Source: the human T2T-CHM13v2.0 reference genome, Homo sapiens. From it: 64,000 bases of DNA. The first letter of the stretch is position 1; the number at the start of each line of letters is the position of its first letter. The stretch lies in the NCBI RefSeq assembly GCF_009914755.1, contig NC_060932.1. One strand, given 5' to 3'. The notes below the pieces were generated by a model, which was not told where the DNA came from, did not search any database, and saw only the letters and a program-made list of their open reading frames with translations. The position numbers and the translations under genes are program-made. This document shows, piece after piece, positions 42,223-59,485 of the stretch.

Positions 42223-43608
42223 AAGAGTAGAGATTGCTGTCCCAGGAGATATAAAAGGCAGAAAATGTAAAAAGATTCCTAAGAGGTTGTGACAGATTTA
42301 TGAATACAAGTATATACATACATGTATAGCCATAGGCTACAGGAGAGCAAATAGCAATCAGGTCCTGAGACAGCAAAGATATACTTAGGATGAAAGCTGA
42401 TACCTGAGATATTAGGACATACTCAAAGTCAGACTCACGTTTGTATTTATACATAATGGACAGAACGGCCACAGGTAGGCTAGGCCTAGACGTGAGCACG
42501 GTGCTTCCTCTGGCCTTGAGCTAGAAGCTCCACTGACAAAGGAGCCTTGGAATTGCATTTGTAGCAGAGCAGCAGGAAGGAACCCAATACTATTTCAGGT
42601 TTGTGGGGGACTCCCAGGACAGCACAGCAGCACTTGACTAGATCCAAACAGACACGCATCATGGGGAGCCAGTTTGTTTGACAGGGACAGAGGCTTGGCA
42701 GTGGCACAGCGGTGGTAGATAAGGAGAGATGGACAGAGGAAAGGCTGAAAGCTCCATCACCTGCTACTTCGCCTTGTCACTGGGGGAATAAGGAACTAAC
42801 ATGGGGTTTCAGAAAGGAGGCAGGAACACCCAACCATTCCACATGAAAGGAACATTTCAAATGAAAGGGGAAAAAAGGCTGTGCTTTTTTATTTCGCCAC
42901 AGGAACTCTTACGCAAGGCAAAATTGCAAAAAAGCCCACATGAAAAGTAGGTTCCCTTGACAGTCTTCAGGCTTCTTCCCTGGGGCAAGGTTTTAGCAGT
43001 GAGTGCAGGAAGGCTGTGCACAATCAGAAAGGGGCTTTTGAGAATTGACTTTTCCAAAGTGGCACTGGGGACACCCAGAGCAAGCTAAGGCTCATTCGAC
43101 AATAACATCCACTTCCTCAATAATGTTGGCATAGAGGTGCAGCAACCACAGATATAAAGAGGCCCCCAGTGGGTCCAGTGGGAGGCAGTGTCTCAGAGAG
43201 AAAGAGCGCTGGCCGGCAGGTAGCCCCGGGCATCTGAGAATGTTTACATCCCTTCACAGGGCCGTCAACAGCACTGACAAATGAAGAAGAAGAATGAGTC
43301 TCAGGGCACCTTCCTGGAGTGGCCCTCGCCATCCAGGGACCAGCGCGTTGCCTCCCCCGGCGCTTTTACATCACATGAGCAGCTGACAGCGTATTTATTA
43401 TGCCTTTGCTGAAACAGTTGATGAGAAATATGTTTCCCTTCAGTTTTCATTTAGAAGACAAGGCGTCGTTTGAATAACTTGCCTGATTTTTCTTCCTACC
43501 GAGTAGCATTTCTTTTTTTTTCACCATATCTTTCCCTAAGGCAGCTCCTTATTCTGTAGGAATTGCCAATGTTGATGTGTTATTGTTAGGTATTTATATC
43601 ATTCACAG

Positions 43609-43707
43609 GGCTGTCAGAAATCCCGATGATCTTGAAGCAAGGTCTCATATGCACTTGGCAAGTGCTTTTGCTGGCATCGGCTTTGGAAATGCTGGTGTTC
43701 ATCTGTG
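43609..43707 (+). CDS. ADHFE1: ADHFE1 exon 10
   Basis: tcacag|G GCT...TG|gtgagc; [32 protein letters not shown]. Confidence 0.95.
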
Positions 43708-43829
43708 GTGAGCAAGTCTGAGATTTCATTTCTTTACTCAAGCTATTGCTTTAAAAAATTTTTAATGTTTATAATTCAGGACAGGTGGTAAAATTTAAAT
43801 ATGCTATAGAAGGAAGAAATTTAACTTTA

Positions 43830-44030
43830 TGTTCCTAAATGTATTCTTCTTTTTCTTTTTTTCCTTTTTTCACCACCAGCTAAAGTAGAAACCTAAATGT
43901 ATTCTTAAATTGAATGTGGTTCCTAAATGTATTCTTTTGTGTTCCTAAATGTATTCTTTTTCTTTTTTTCTTTTTTCCACCATCAGCTATAAAGTAGAAA
44001 CCTAAATGTATTCTTAAATTGAATGTGGTT
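43830..44030. repeat. Nested ~110-bp tandem duplication
   Basis: two diverged copies; cctaaatgtattctt occurs 5 times. Confidence 0.9.
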
Positions 44031-44039
44031 TACTGGGTT

Positions 44040-44835
<796 letters not shown>

Positions 44836-45185
44836 ATGTGTTGTGGATTTTTTAAACTTAAATGTAGGATTTTTCCCCCAATCTGTCACAAAAGAAAGGG
44901 ATCAGAATGCTTGTCAATAGCCCAGAATTAATCTCTTTGATTGAAACTTTATTGGTATGTTGCTTTAAATTGAAAACCATTGAACTTTAAAAATTAAGAA
45001 TAGGCCTTTGCTAGGGTGAGCGCAAGGAATGATCAGCCTCTGATGATCTACCACTGATGGGAGCATAAATTGGCAACACCTTTCCAAAAAGCAAGTGAGC
45101 AAAGTGTACCCAGAGCCTGAAAAATATTTATGCCCCTGGCCCCACCAATTCTCTTCTAGGAATCTAGCCTGAAGAAATACCCATG

Positions 45186-45700
45186 GCTGGGCACAGTGGC
45201 TCACGCCTCTAATCCCAACAATGGGAAGCCGAGTTGGACGGATCCCTTGAGCTGAGCCCAGGAGTTCAAGACCAACCTGGACAACATGGTGAAACCCCGT
45301 CTCTACAAAAGAAAATACAAAAATTAGCCAAGTGTGGTGGTGCATGCCTGTAGTCCCAGCTACTCAAACACCTGTAGTCTCAGCCACCCTGAGGCAGGAG
45401 GATCGCTTAAGCCAGGGAGGTCAAGGCAGCAGTGAGCCAGAATTGCACCACTCCAGCCCAGGCAACAGAGTGGGACCCTGTCTCAAAAAAACCCAAATAA
45501 ACAACAACAACAAAAAAAACTATAATATTTTCCTATTTGTTCATCAATAGTTCAAGAGGATATAAAAAATTTTTCACTAAGCGTGGTGGCTGGATCCTTC
45601 CTCACTTGAGCCCAGGAAGTCGAGGCTGCATTGAGCTATGATCACACCATTGCACTTTAGCCTGGGTGACAGAGTGAGATACCATCTCTAAAAAAAAAAA
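45186..45700 (+). mobile_element. AluJ-like element (45186-45520) plus Alu fragment (45580-45700)
   Basis: Alu consensus. Confidence 0.85.
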
Positions 45701-46366
45701 GAATTTTTCAGTAAAAACAAAAACCATAATGCCTTTTCTTGATGTCAACTAAATCTAAACAAATCCTTAAGGTAGAATTTAGCAAGAGAAATCAGTCAAA
45801 CCAGAACTGATTAACATAGCCTGTCAGGCTAGAATAATCATTTCTGACTGGACTCTGTGAGTATGTAACATTTGAAGGGATCTGTCAGTTACTGGTGGGA
45901 CAGATCACTGATGGGTCAAGCTTGCACGTCATCAAATACAGCACATCCTGACTCACAAAATTCCCCCGACATCATCTGGGAGCACACTGCCAAGGAACTG
46001 CCAGGGAAAAACAGAAAACACATGCCCAGAGCTTATTACAGAAACTTCGAAGTGAATTACCGAGTCTTTGAGATCGTAATGTTAACTAATGGGTTCAGGG
46101 AGCTACTTCTGGATCAATACTTTTTAATGTCATACAATTCTATGAGCATTTGAATTTGAGCATTTTCAGAGGTTTTGTTAATGAATGCACTACATGTCCT
46201 AGACATCATAATATATCCTTATATCCAAGAAAACAGAACATATCACTTTTTCAGGTAATGATACTGTCTAGAGGCCGTGACAGGCATCCCCATAAGAGTA
46301 TCTTTCTATTGTTGACTTGAATTTTGATAACTGTGTATGAACATAAGGATTTTCTTTCTTTTCTAG

Positions 46367-46445
46367 CCATGGAATGTCTTACCCAATTTCAGGTTTAGTG
46401 AAGATGTATAAAGCAAAGGATTACAATGTGGATCACCCACTGGTG
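46367..46445 (+). CDS. ADHFE1: ADHFE1 exon 11
   Basis: ttctag|C CAT...GTG|gtaaaa; HGMSYPISGLVKMYKAKDYNVDHPLV. Confidence 0.95.
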
Positions 46446-46619
46446 GTAAAATCATAAGAATAAATTATTTAATTAAATATTATAATCATCCCAATTTCTA
46501 TAAATATATTTGCCAATTCTCGCCTGCTTAGAGTATGGGGTAAAGTAACTTAACATCTAGAATATGCAGGGAAGAACAGCTTTGTCATCTGCCGGTCACC
46601 GCATTTCGTTTCTCCCCAG

Positions 46620-46716
46620 CCCCATGGCCTTTCTGTGGTGCTCACGTCCCCAGCGGTGTTCACTTTCACGGCCCAGATGTTTCCAGAGCGACACCTGGAG
46701 ATGGCAGAAATACTGG
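46620..46716 (+). CDS. ADHFE1: ADHFE1 exon 12
   Basis: ccccag|CCC CAT...G|gtatga; [14 protein letters not shown]...EMAEIL. Confidence 0.95.
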
Positions 46717-46733
46717 GTATGAACCATTACTCA

Positions 46734-47216
<483 letters not shown>

Positions 47217-48967
47217 AACATTTTTAAAATATAAATATATGATTAAAAATGTCAGTGACTTGACCAAAGCCCTATCTAGCACTAAAATTCTGTCATTATT
47301 ATGTTTCTGAGAGTATTGAGTCTGTTACGTTTGTAGTAATACTGTTTCCTGTTTTTATCTCAAGGGAAAGTATAATTATTTTTATATTTTTAATGTTATA
47401 AATGACTTTTGCTATGTTCGATAATAAAATGAATCTGTATCAGGAAGCAGGAGTAAATTCCTAATTATAGAGAATCAAAACAACTGGAAACTTTTTTTCA
47501 CCAAAGCCTGCAAAGGTCCTGATCAATTAGAAACTTTATAAAAATATCCTGAAAGAGGAGTCTGTTTGCCATACTGTAGAATAAATAATGTCAATAATAA
47601 GATATCCACAGTACCTTTTGAATCTTACCAGAAATAAAATGATATTCAGGATAGCTTTAATGGTAAGTAAAATGTTGGTGTTTTGCTAATACAAGAACTC
47701 TTTTAAGTAGACTTGAATATTTTATTAACTTGCAAAACATCTTATTCCGCCACTTGTGTTTAGTTAGGGCAAGAAGGGAAAGGCTAAAAAGAAAACTTCA
47801 TTATGCTCTCCTAGCCCAGCCGTTGGAGAGATTATTTCCAGGGAGGTAGGAAGGACCGCAGACATCCTCCTGCAGGAGCTCCCGCTGAGTCCCAGGTGCT
47901 GTGCTGGGAATGTTAATGACACAAGCCCAGGGCAGAGAGGGGCCAGGGGCTCCATTTCCCAGAGGGTGCTGAGGGGAAACAGTGCAACTTTGCCAAGGAT
48001 CTGTGTCCCTTTTCTCTTTCGGACTGGAGATGTTGTTCAGCCATATTTTGGGACTCAGCTGCCTTTGTGTATATTCAAAGCATGTAAATAAGAAGAGAGA
48101 GCGCAAATCATAGGCTACATTTATGATAAATGGGAAAATCTTAGAGAACTTAAAGTTAACACTCTAGGCAACTAGCAACACTACTGAGAAGGGAGTTCCT
48201 CTGTTAGACAAATTCCAGGCTGGAAGAACCCACTGATTCTTCCTTCTTGAATGGGAAGTTTTAATGTTATCTACACTTAGCTATCCCACACGATGAAATA
48301 TTTTGATTCTCCATGTCATCTTAGATTTCTTAGCTTAGAATACTGATGTATTCTTTTTCCTACCATCTCTTTTTTTTCTGTAACACTTCATAGGAAAATG
48401 CAGAGATTTCGATGGTGTTTTATGGCAGTATTCCCAGGAACATTAAAACTTCATAAACTTCGTATCATGTGTCACCACTCCACCTAATCCATATTTTAGC
48501 TGCCGCTGGGTAATACAGACTGGTCTTGTCAGGCAAGGTTTACCTTTCATCCGGCTGCTCTCCCAGCCAGCCCCGTATCTGGTTCTATTCATACCTTTTC
48601 CTGGATTCCTAAGAGTTCTCACTGTCATGGAAGAGAAAGCTAAAAACCGATTTAATAATGTGCTTCAATATGGAGGTGAAAGTAGTCACGATCTCCTTTT
48701 GAACAATACAAGAGAAAGTGGACTTAGACTACTGTGGGAGGCATTTTGCATAGACTTCATATAATGCTACACTCTGTAGAGGGCTTTACTTCTTGGCAGT
48801 GAATGTGTTTGGCTAGAATATATGAGAATGTAGGGTGCTAAGGGTTGTGAAATCAGTTCCCTTCCTCTGGGAACTTTCTCTGTCACCCTGCCTGAGGGCA
48901 GAACCTCCCGCGTGGCTCTTCCAGATTGCCATTTCCATGATTATGTGCATTATTTTTTAATTTTTAT

Positions 48968-48969
48968 TA

Positions 48970-49000
<31 letters not shown>

Positions 49001-49115
49001 AACAGAGACAGGGTCTCACTGCTCAGGTTGGTCTTGACCTCCAGGACTCAAGTGATTCTCCTGCCTCAGCCTTCCAAAGTGCTGGGATTACAGATGTGAG
49101 CCACCAGGCCCTGCC
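48968..49115 (-). mobile_element. (TA)n/polyT plus Alu left-arm monomer
   Basis: Alu arm consensus. Confidence 0.8.
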
Positions 49116-49861
49116 TCTTAATTACTAATCATGTAAAAATTCTGCCCTTATGAATCTTCTTTCATCAATACCATTATTATCTGCATATGAAACGCTGTTT
49201 TCTGAGAGCCTTCATGTTCTTTGGTCCTGCCCAGCTGGTTCTATAATATTTATTTAGAGGAACCTACCCTGCCCTTTGGCAACAGAATCTAAAATTAAAA
49301 GTTTTATAGCTATAGAGGACAAAAATTTTCCTCCCTGTTCACACATAATCCATTTTTATCATGCTTATTTTCTTTTTGGTGGTTAATTTTAGAGCTTTTG
49401 TACTTCTGTAAGCTTGTCTCACAGGGTGTTTGCAAAGGATTTGTCTTTTTCTAAGATGTTGCTGTGGGAAAAGACGTTGAACACATCATACACCTCTAGA
49501 TGTCAGCAAATTCCAAGCCTTGAAATTACATAAGCTGTGTGTTCTTCAAATATTCATTCCTCCATCCCAGCACCAGCCGACTTTCTTGCCTTGTTCTGCA
49601 CCTCTCTTCTTGTCTTTGTTCCTCTTCTTCCTACCACACAAGGGGCAAGTATGTAGGACTTGGCAGCCCCTCCGAAATGTCAGAGCTAAGTGAGCTCCCC
49701 CAGCCAACTTGGGCCCTCCTGGGGAGGCACACGATGGCCCCGTGCTGGGCGTTAGGGAGACCCCGTGGGTGTGCATGGTGTATTCACTGATCTTGTGACT
49801 GAACTCCACCCAGAGCCCGTTTCTTCCTCTCTCCCTACAGTCAGCACTTTATGTCTTCTAG

Positions 49862-50019
49862 GAGCCGACACCCGCACTGCCAGGATCCAAGATGCAGGGC
49901 TGGTGTTGGCAGACACGCTCCGGAAATTCTTATTCGATCTGGATGTTGATGATGGCCTAGCAGCTGTTGGTTACTCCAAAGCTGATATCCCCGCACTAGT
50001 GAAAGGAACGCTGCCCCAG
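49862..50019 (+). CDS. ADHFE1: ADHFE1 exon 13
   Basis: ttctag|GA GCC...CAG|gtaaga; GADTRTARIQDAG...VKGTLPQ. Confidence 0.94.
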
Positions 50020-51847
50020 GTAAGAGACCGGCAGGCTCCTCACTCCCTGCGAAGGAGCCTAGCGCCTCCAGAAAGACATGCTGCATTGATGGCGGGCTAG
50101 CAGGGATGGAAACCAGGGCTCCCCGGTGGTTCTCGGGTCTCCTCCACAGCAGACAGCAGTTCTGTCCTTTCCTGGTGCAACAGGGCCAGGCCCTCGCCTT
50201 TCTGTTCATCCATACAGCTGTAGCTGAGGTGAGGCTTTTATGAAAATTTTCATGAAGGGATGGATCCTTTATGAAAATTCAAGGCAAAAACAACCAAACT
50301 GATCTTGAACTATGGCAAAATTTCCCTTTTCCCCATTTCTGTTCTTTGAAGGGCTCCTATAAATAACTATGTGAAGCTGTTCCAAAAGGACCACCAATAT
50401 TATTTTCCATTGTAAAAGAGTTCCAGGTCTCTACTATTTTGTGAAGAATAGGCATGGCCTTTCAATTAACACTATCACCAAATTGCTTTCGATGAATGTG
50501 GGAGATTGTATACTTGATACATATCTGTGTCACTATGGGTCTGATTTCATTTCTTAAATTTTTGTGAAGAATGTGAATGGAGCTGCATCCCTAATTTGGT
50601 AGAATCATACTAGGTGTAAAGTTTGCTCTTCTGAGGTTCTCATGAAGAACTCTGATCCCTCAGTGGACCTCTCTTGAGCTAGCACATCAGATCCTAATAG
50701 GCCAAGGTCCTGTTCATTGCAATTCACCATAAAGCAGAGAGCTCAGAGCATGAGTGCTTGGTTGGTGGACCACACCATAGTCGCCATGCCCAGAATACTC
50801 CTTTAGTCCTCTTGGCCAATATGGGAAAGGCAGAGGTCACCTCAATGCTATGAGGGTATGAGGATAAGGATCTTCTGCCACAGGCTAAGGCATTCCCTGA
50901 CCATGGAACAGAGTTAGCAGCTGAAACATCCACTCACACAGCAGCCTGCTTGCCACAAGTGCTGGTGCTTTTCCCTCACCCCACTCCAAGTAGGCAAGGG
51001 CCTCAAACTAGCTTCTTCCTCCCCACTTCGCTAGTGCTTAGAATGTTGACAGCCTCACCACTCACTTAAGATAATATTTATATAGATTGTGTTCATAGAC
51101 TCATGTGTCCACAGGAGCCAGGTAGAGAATAGCAGTGAACAATGTCATGTAAGGCCTTAGGGAGTGGTGGGGACTTTGGTAAGCCAGAAAGCACGTGACC
51201 CATCTAACTGGGTGAGCAGCTCAGCTGCAGTTTATCATCACCAAGCAGAAGATCAGGTCCCAGTGTTGGTAGAACTACCAACTCTCAAGAAAAATCAGCA
51301 ATCCGGATGTTTGTGTTGAATTCCCTGGTTTCCAATGCACAAATGAAATGTAGTCCGTGAACCACCAGTTTCCCTGATTTGGATTCAGGCTCAGTGAATT
51401 CAATTGCATCTACAAATAGAAATGAACAAGAAACAAAGGAGTCTCAAAGTATAGGAGAGACCCTGGGCTAACCCACAAACCCTTAATTCTAACCCATACG
51501 TCCAAGGGACCAAATCACTAAAAAAATCACACTCTCTAACGCCCTCACAGTTATTTTATCCAAGCCTACCAGCCTGTAAGTCCTGTGAGGGCAGGAATCT
51601 GTCTGCTTGGCTCATCCATTTTCCATTGCACCTAGCACAGGCTAGTAAACATGTTAAACGAACACATACCTCCATTCCTCTCCTCCTAAGTCCTCTGTCT
51701 AGGTAAGCTTTAATGGCTGACTGAGGATAACTTTTTGAAAAGTTTCCTTAGACTGACTAGGACTCAACCAAAGACAGGGGAGCCATGAAAGCTCAGGGAC
51801 ACCGTAGACTGAGTGGTCATAGTGATTTTTTCCGGAGGGAGGGACAG

Positions 51848-52104
51848 GGCTGGAGTGCAGTGGCATAATCACAGCTCACCACAGCCTTGACCTCCCAGGC
51901 TCAAGTGATCCTCTGTCCTCAGCCTCCCGAGTAGCCAGCACTATAGGTGTGTGCCACCATACCAGGCTAATTTTTTTAACTTTTTTGTACACAATAGGTC
52001 TCACTGTGTTACCCAGGCTGGTCTTGAATTCCTGAGCTCAAGCAATCCTCCTGCCTTGGCTTCCCAAAGTCCTAGGGTTATAGATATGAGCCACAGTGCC
52101 TGGC
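51848..52104 (-). mobile_element. Alu (AluJ-like, tail missing)
   Basis: Alu consensus. Confidence 0.88.
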
Positions 52105-52366
52105 ATTCACTGCAATTTTAATGTAGCTTCTGGCTTTATGGCATGGTCCCAGTGACACTGTCCACCCTGCAAGGGGCCTTCCAAAAGGTTCTGTTTGTTT
52201 AGCCCAGGAAAGTGTTCAGGAAAATGTGTGGGTCCATCTCTAAGAATGGTATCCATGATTTTCAGATGAAACTGTCTGATACCCTTGGCGATTTGATTGC
52301 TGACCATCAGTACACACTGACAGGTGTTTACTCTTCTAATTCTACTGTGGTCAGACTGTCACTTTC

Positions 52367-52754
<388 letters not shown>

Positions 52755-54244
52755 TAACACTAAAATAGCAACTTAATTAGGTATCATTCTGAATGCCTCA
52801 GTGCACATGCAATACTGGGAAATCACAGATAGCAAAACCTTAATTGGACAAAACCAATTTCTTAGTTTTACAAAAATGGGAGGTAAATGGAATCTTTTGG
52901 ATATAAGTTCTGTCTTAAAGTAGGAAGCCAGATTTTCCTCAGGCTGTATTCATAAAACACCCCAAGGCATCTGCTGCCTTTTTTCCTCTGATCATGTTTT
53001 CATGATTCAGAGAAATATAGTTAATTTTAATTAAACTAGCCCTAGGTTCATTTGGAGTCTACGTGATTGAGATATGTGTATATTCACAGATCGATAGGAC
53101 TTTGGTAGGAATCTTAGAAATAAGCTTGTCCATTTTGCAGATGAATAACTACTATGGAATTTTGTTTGTTTGTTTGATGGCAGTGACTGTTTTACAGGAA
53201 TGCTGTGGCCACTTCAGAGTTTTACACATGCAATAGACTAATCTTCGCTTATTAGTATCTCCAGGATTTAAGGTAGTGAGAAGAATATACTGGCTCCTCC
53301 AAAGAACGTCACCAGAAAGGTTATTCAATGTAGTTGACATTTGATGAAGGTTCTTTTCTGTTCAGCAGTGAAGGATTGGTTTTCTCTGGAAGAAACAACC
53401 AGGCCAGTATTCTTGACCAAACACAGCCCATACTGGTGGCAGCTAATAGCAGCCCTGTGTACAGAGGCTTTCAACTGCCATAGCCAGGCTGCAAGGGGAG
53501 CAGGCAAGAATATATTAATCTTCCAAGCTGGATTTCTAAAACCCCTGGAAAGAAACATTTACATTTCAAATCAAAACATTTCATTACTGAGGAGCGCTGT
53601 CTACCCAAATGAGCACTTCCACTCCCTGGTAGACAGGCCAGCTGAAATGTTGTTATTTCATGAACGTGCTAAAAGTAGATGTCTGAATTTATTTCGTTCC
53701 CATGTTAATGAGTTGTCCTTCACTCTTACATGCCTATAAATAATAGCACATCATTGCTTAACATATCTTAATTCTGAGAGAGTTTAGCTTTTTTATGGCA
53801 GAGCTGATATGTATAGGGACATATCACAAACTTTATGTCCTTGTCCTGTTTAACCAATCACTGGGGGCCAGAAACGCGAAACAGAAACTCAGCTCAGGCT
53901 TGGCTTCAAATACTTCTAAGAGTCCTGCACCGCTCCACCAAAGATAAACAGGATCATGTCAAGGGCCTTTGAGCTCATCAGATAAGACTCTCTCCCATTA
54001 TGAACAACGTAACTTGCCATCATCTGCAGTTACAGCAAACACTGAACTTCAGTTCTTGACCCTGCACAAACACATACATAATGAGACCCTCTGCCTTGCT
54101 ATGGATTTCCAAAATTCCTTAGGGTCTCTTAAAAATCTGCTGGGATGTGAAACTTTGTCTTTACCTCACCCATACTCATAGGCATTGTCCCTCACCCCTC
54201 TCTCATCTGTCCCTCTATCCTTTCTTCCTGCTTTAACTTATCTT

Positions 54245-56062
<1,818 letters not shown>

Positions 56063-56069
56063 TTAATAC

Positions 56070-56940
56070 ATCCATCCTTCTTTTCATTCCTTTTACCAGA
56101 CAAATACTGACTGAGTCCCTACTGTATACCATGCATTGTACGGTATACTAAAAGAAGGAAAATAAAGTCCCTTTTCTCCTTTGTGAAGCTTACCTTCTAG
56201 TGAGGGGAGACAGTGAACATCTATAAATAAGATGTAAATGAAATCATTTCAGATAATGATTAGTGTATGAAGGAAAACCTGCATAAGGAGATAGAGAGTG
56301 ATCTCACGGGGAAAGTGTGGAGAGATCTCCAGCCAGGGTGTTGGGAAGGTGCATGATGATAGGCCAATGCTTTCTAGGCATAGGGGAAGGGCCCTGAGGC
56401 AGGGTCAACGTTAGCATATTCAAGGAACTTAAAAGGGATGGTGGGACTAAGTGAGGTGTTAGAGCTGGGGCAGGAAACAGAGCCAGATCGGGGTAGCCTT
56501 AGAGGCCATGGTTTTGTTGTAATTGCCACAGGCATTTATCTGCGAGCATTAAACACAGGAATGGTAGGATTCAGTTTATACTGGAAAAAATCACTTTGGC
56601 TGCTGTGGGGAGAATGACCTCTGGGGGGCAAGAATGGAGCAAAAGTGGAAACAGACCTTTTAGGAAGCTTCTCAAGCTGGACAGGCGAGTGATAGCAGTG
56701 TCCTGGATTCCGGTTGTGGTACCACAGGAGGTGAGAAGCGCTCTGACTGGGGCTTCATTTTGGAAGTAGGACTGACACTCCTGCTGATGAGTTGAACTTG
56801 CAGAGCAAGGGAAAGGGGAATCAAGTGTGGCTCCTGGGTTTTGCCTGAGCTACTGGGTGTCATTTCTGAGATGAGAAAATGGTAGGAGCAGTGGGGTGGG
56901 AGAGTCAGAGTTCTATCTTGTATATGTGAACTTTGAGACT
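56070..56940 (-). mobile_element. L2 remnant
   Basis: catccatccttcttttcattcc...caaatactgactgagtccctact 3'-end signature. Confidence 0.6.
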
Positions 56941-57824
56941 CCAGTATCCCCCTCCCCACCATCTTCACTAATTCAGCAGATAACTGTTGAGCATCTACTT
57001 ACTATGTAAAGCCCTCTGGTAGGCGCAGGGCAGAGAGCAGTGCACACAGCTGAGCCCCTGGCCTCACAAGCTTCCCTTCCACTAGCTACACTCCCAAACA
57101 CATGCCAGCAATAGAAAACATGCCCAGAGACCCATGAAAATGGAACCTCAAAATGGACATTCCTCAGTTTCATGCAGGTGCCAGGGGAGTCATCGCTGTA
57201 CATTTTAGCCCCTGTCCCCGAGAAGCTACTGACCAGAGTATAAATAGAAGTAGGATGTGCTGGATGTCTTCGCTGAATTGACTCAATAATCATTGGAGAA
57301 ATTAACAAATCACTGGATTTGCTTGGGAACGTAGAGATAAAACCTTAGTTAATAGAAAAAAACGGAGTCACTTGTTGCACATAGCATGAACATTAATGTT
57401 CTACTGAAGTCCTTTTGAATATGCCTTAAGTCCAAGTTGCAAAATACATGGTCTTAGACGTCAGGGACGACCCAGTTCTCTCTCAGAGCTCTGTGTGTAC
57501 AGAGAACCTGGCAGAGGTGGTTGACTGACCTAGTTTTGTCATGATAAGGGTGTTTTCCCCAAGATTGGTTTCGGCAGAAGGCTGTTGCCAGGGCGTAAGG
57601 CAAGGGGCAGTGGCTTTCGAAAGCTCTGTGGGGAAAGAGGTATGATGTGATAAACCTCTGAGATGGGGATCAACTCATATGAAGTATACAAGAAATATCG
57701 TTTTTAAAGATATGGCGTTTATCAAGTCATTGATTCTTATGACCAAGTTAATTTCCATAACTTTGTAGCTTTTACAAACTGCCTTTTCAAAGCCCTGGGT
57801 AACTTCTTTCATTTACTGTTTCAG

Positions 57825-57908
57825 GAAAGGGTCACCAAGCTTGCACCCCGTCCCCAGTCAGAAGAGGATCTGGCTGCTCTGTTTGAAGCTTCAATGAAAC
57901 TGTATTAA
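57825..57908 (+). CDS. ADHFE1: ADHFE1 exon 14 (last coding exon)
   Basis: tttcag|GAA AGG...TAT TAA; ERVTKLAPRPQSEEDLAALFEASMKLY*; summed CDS 1404 nt = 467 aa. Confidence 0.96.
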   Translation, partial: ERVTKLAPRPQSEEDLAALFEASMKLY

Positions 57909-58209
57909 TTGTCATTTTAACTGAAAGAATTACCGCTGGCCATTGTAGTGCTGAGAGCAAGAGCTGATCTAGCTAGGGCTTTGTCTTTTCATCTTTGTGC
58001 ATAACTTACCTGTTACCAGTATAGGTGGGATATACATTTATCTTGCAGGAAATTCCCCAAAGCTCAGAGTCCAGTTCCTTCCATAAAACAGGCTGGACAA
58101 ATGACCACTATGTTAGACCCCCAGGCTCGACTTCAGGGGTCAGTGTTCCTGTCCCAAACCCCACACAGAATACTCTGCCTCTGCTTCATGTAGCAAATGA
58201 GCAAAAACT

Positions 58210-58660
58210 CAGTATCTATCAAAAGTGTAAATTATATTTCCTATGCCTAGTAATTCACTTCATGTCTAAAAATTTATCTGATAGAAACACTAGCACCAGT
58301 ACATACAGAAGCATGGCAAGGATGTTTCTGGCAGCACTTTTCTAATAATAAAAGATTTGAAACAACCTTAAGTATTCATTATTGGTATATAGATCACTTA
58401 TAGTATACTAGACAGTGGAATACTATGGTACTGTTAATAAAGATGAAGTAAATCTCTTGGAAATGTGTCCATAATATACTGGGAAGTTGGCAGAAAGCAA
58501 GCTACCAAATAATTATATATTAGTATGATCTGATTTTTACTTTTTCAATTATACATAAACATATATCTACATATACATACAAAAGAAAAATACACATCAA
58601 AATTTAAAAGTTATTACTGGAGAAATGGAATTTGGGGTGTGGAGAACTAAGAGAAAATGT
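58210..58660 (+). mobile_element. Old L1ME-like remnant forming the distal ADHFE1 3'UTR
   Basis: caaggatgtttctggcagcacttttctaataata...gaaacaacct...gtggaatactat resembles the L1 ORF2 end. Confidence 0.6.
58347..58441 (+). terminator. Two candidate ADHFE1 polyA signals
   Basis: AATAAA at 58347-58352 and 58436-58441. Confidence 0.7.
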
Positions 58661-58665
58661 TCACT

Positions 58666-59485
<820 letters not shown>

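Noticed and set aside
50236-50280. 14-bp palindrome atgaaaattttcat with a nearby partial copy
   Set aside because: AT-rich and short; plausible by chance in 64 kb, with no TIR/TSD structure
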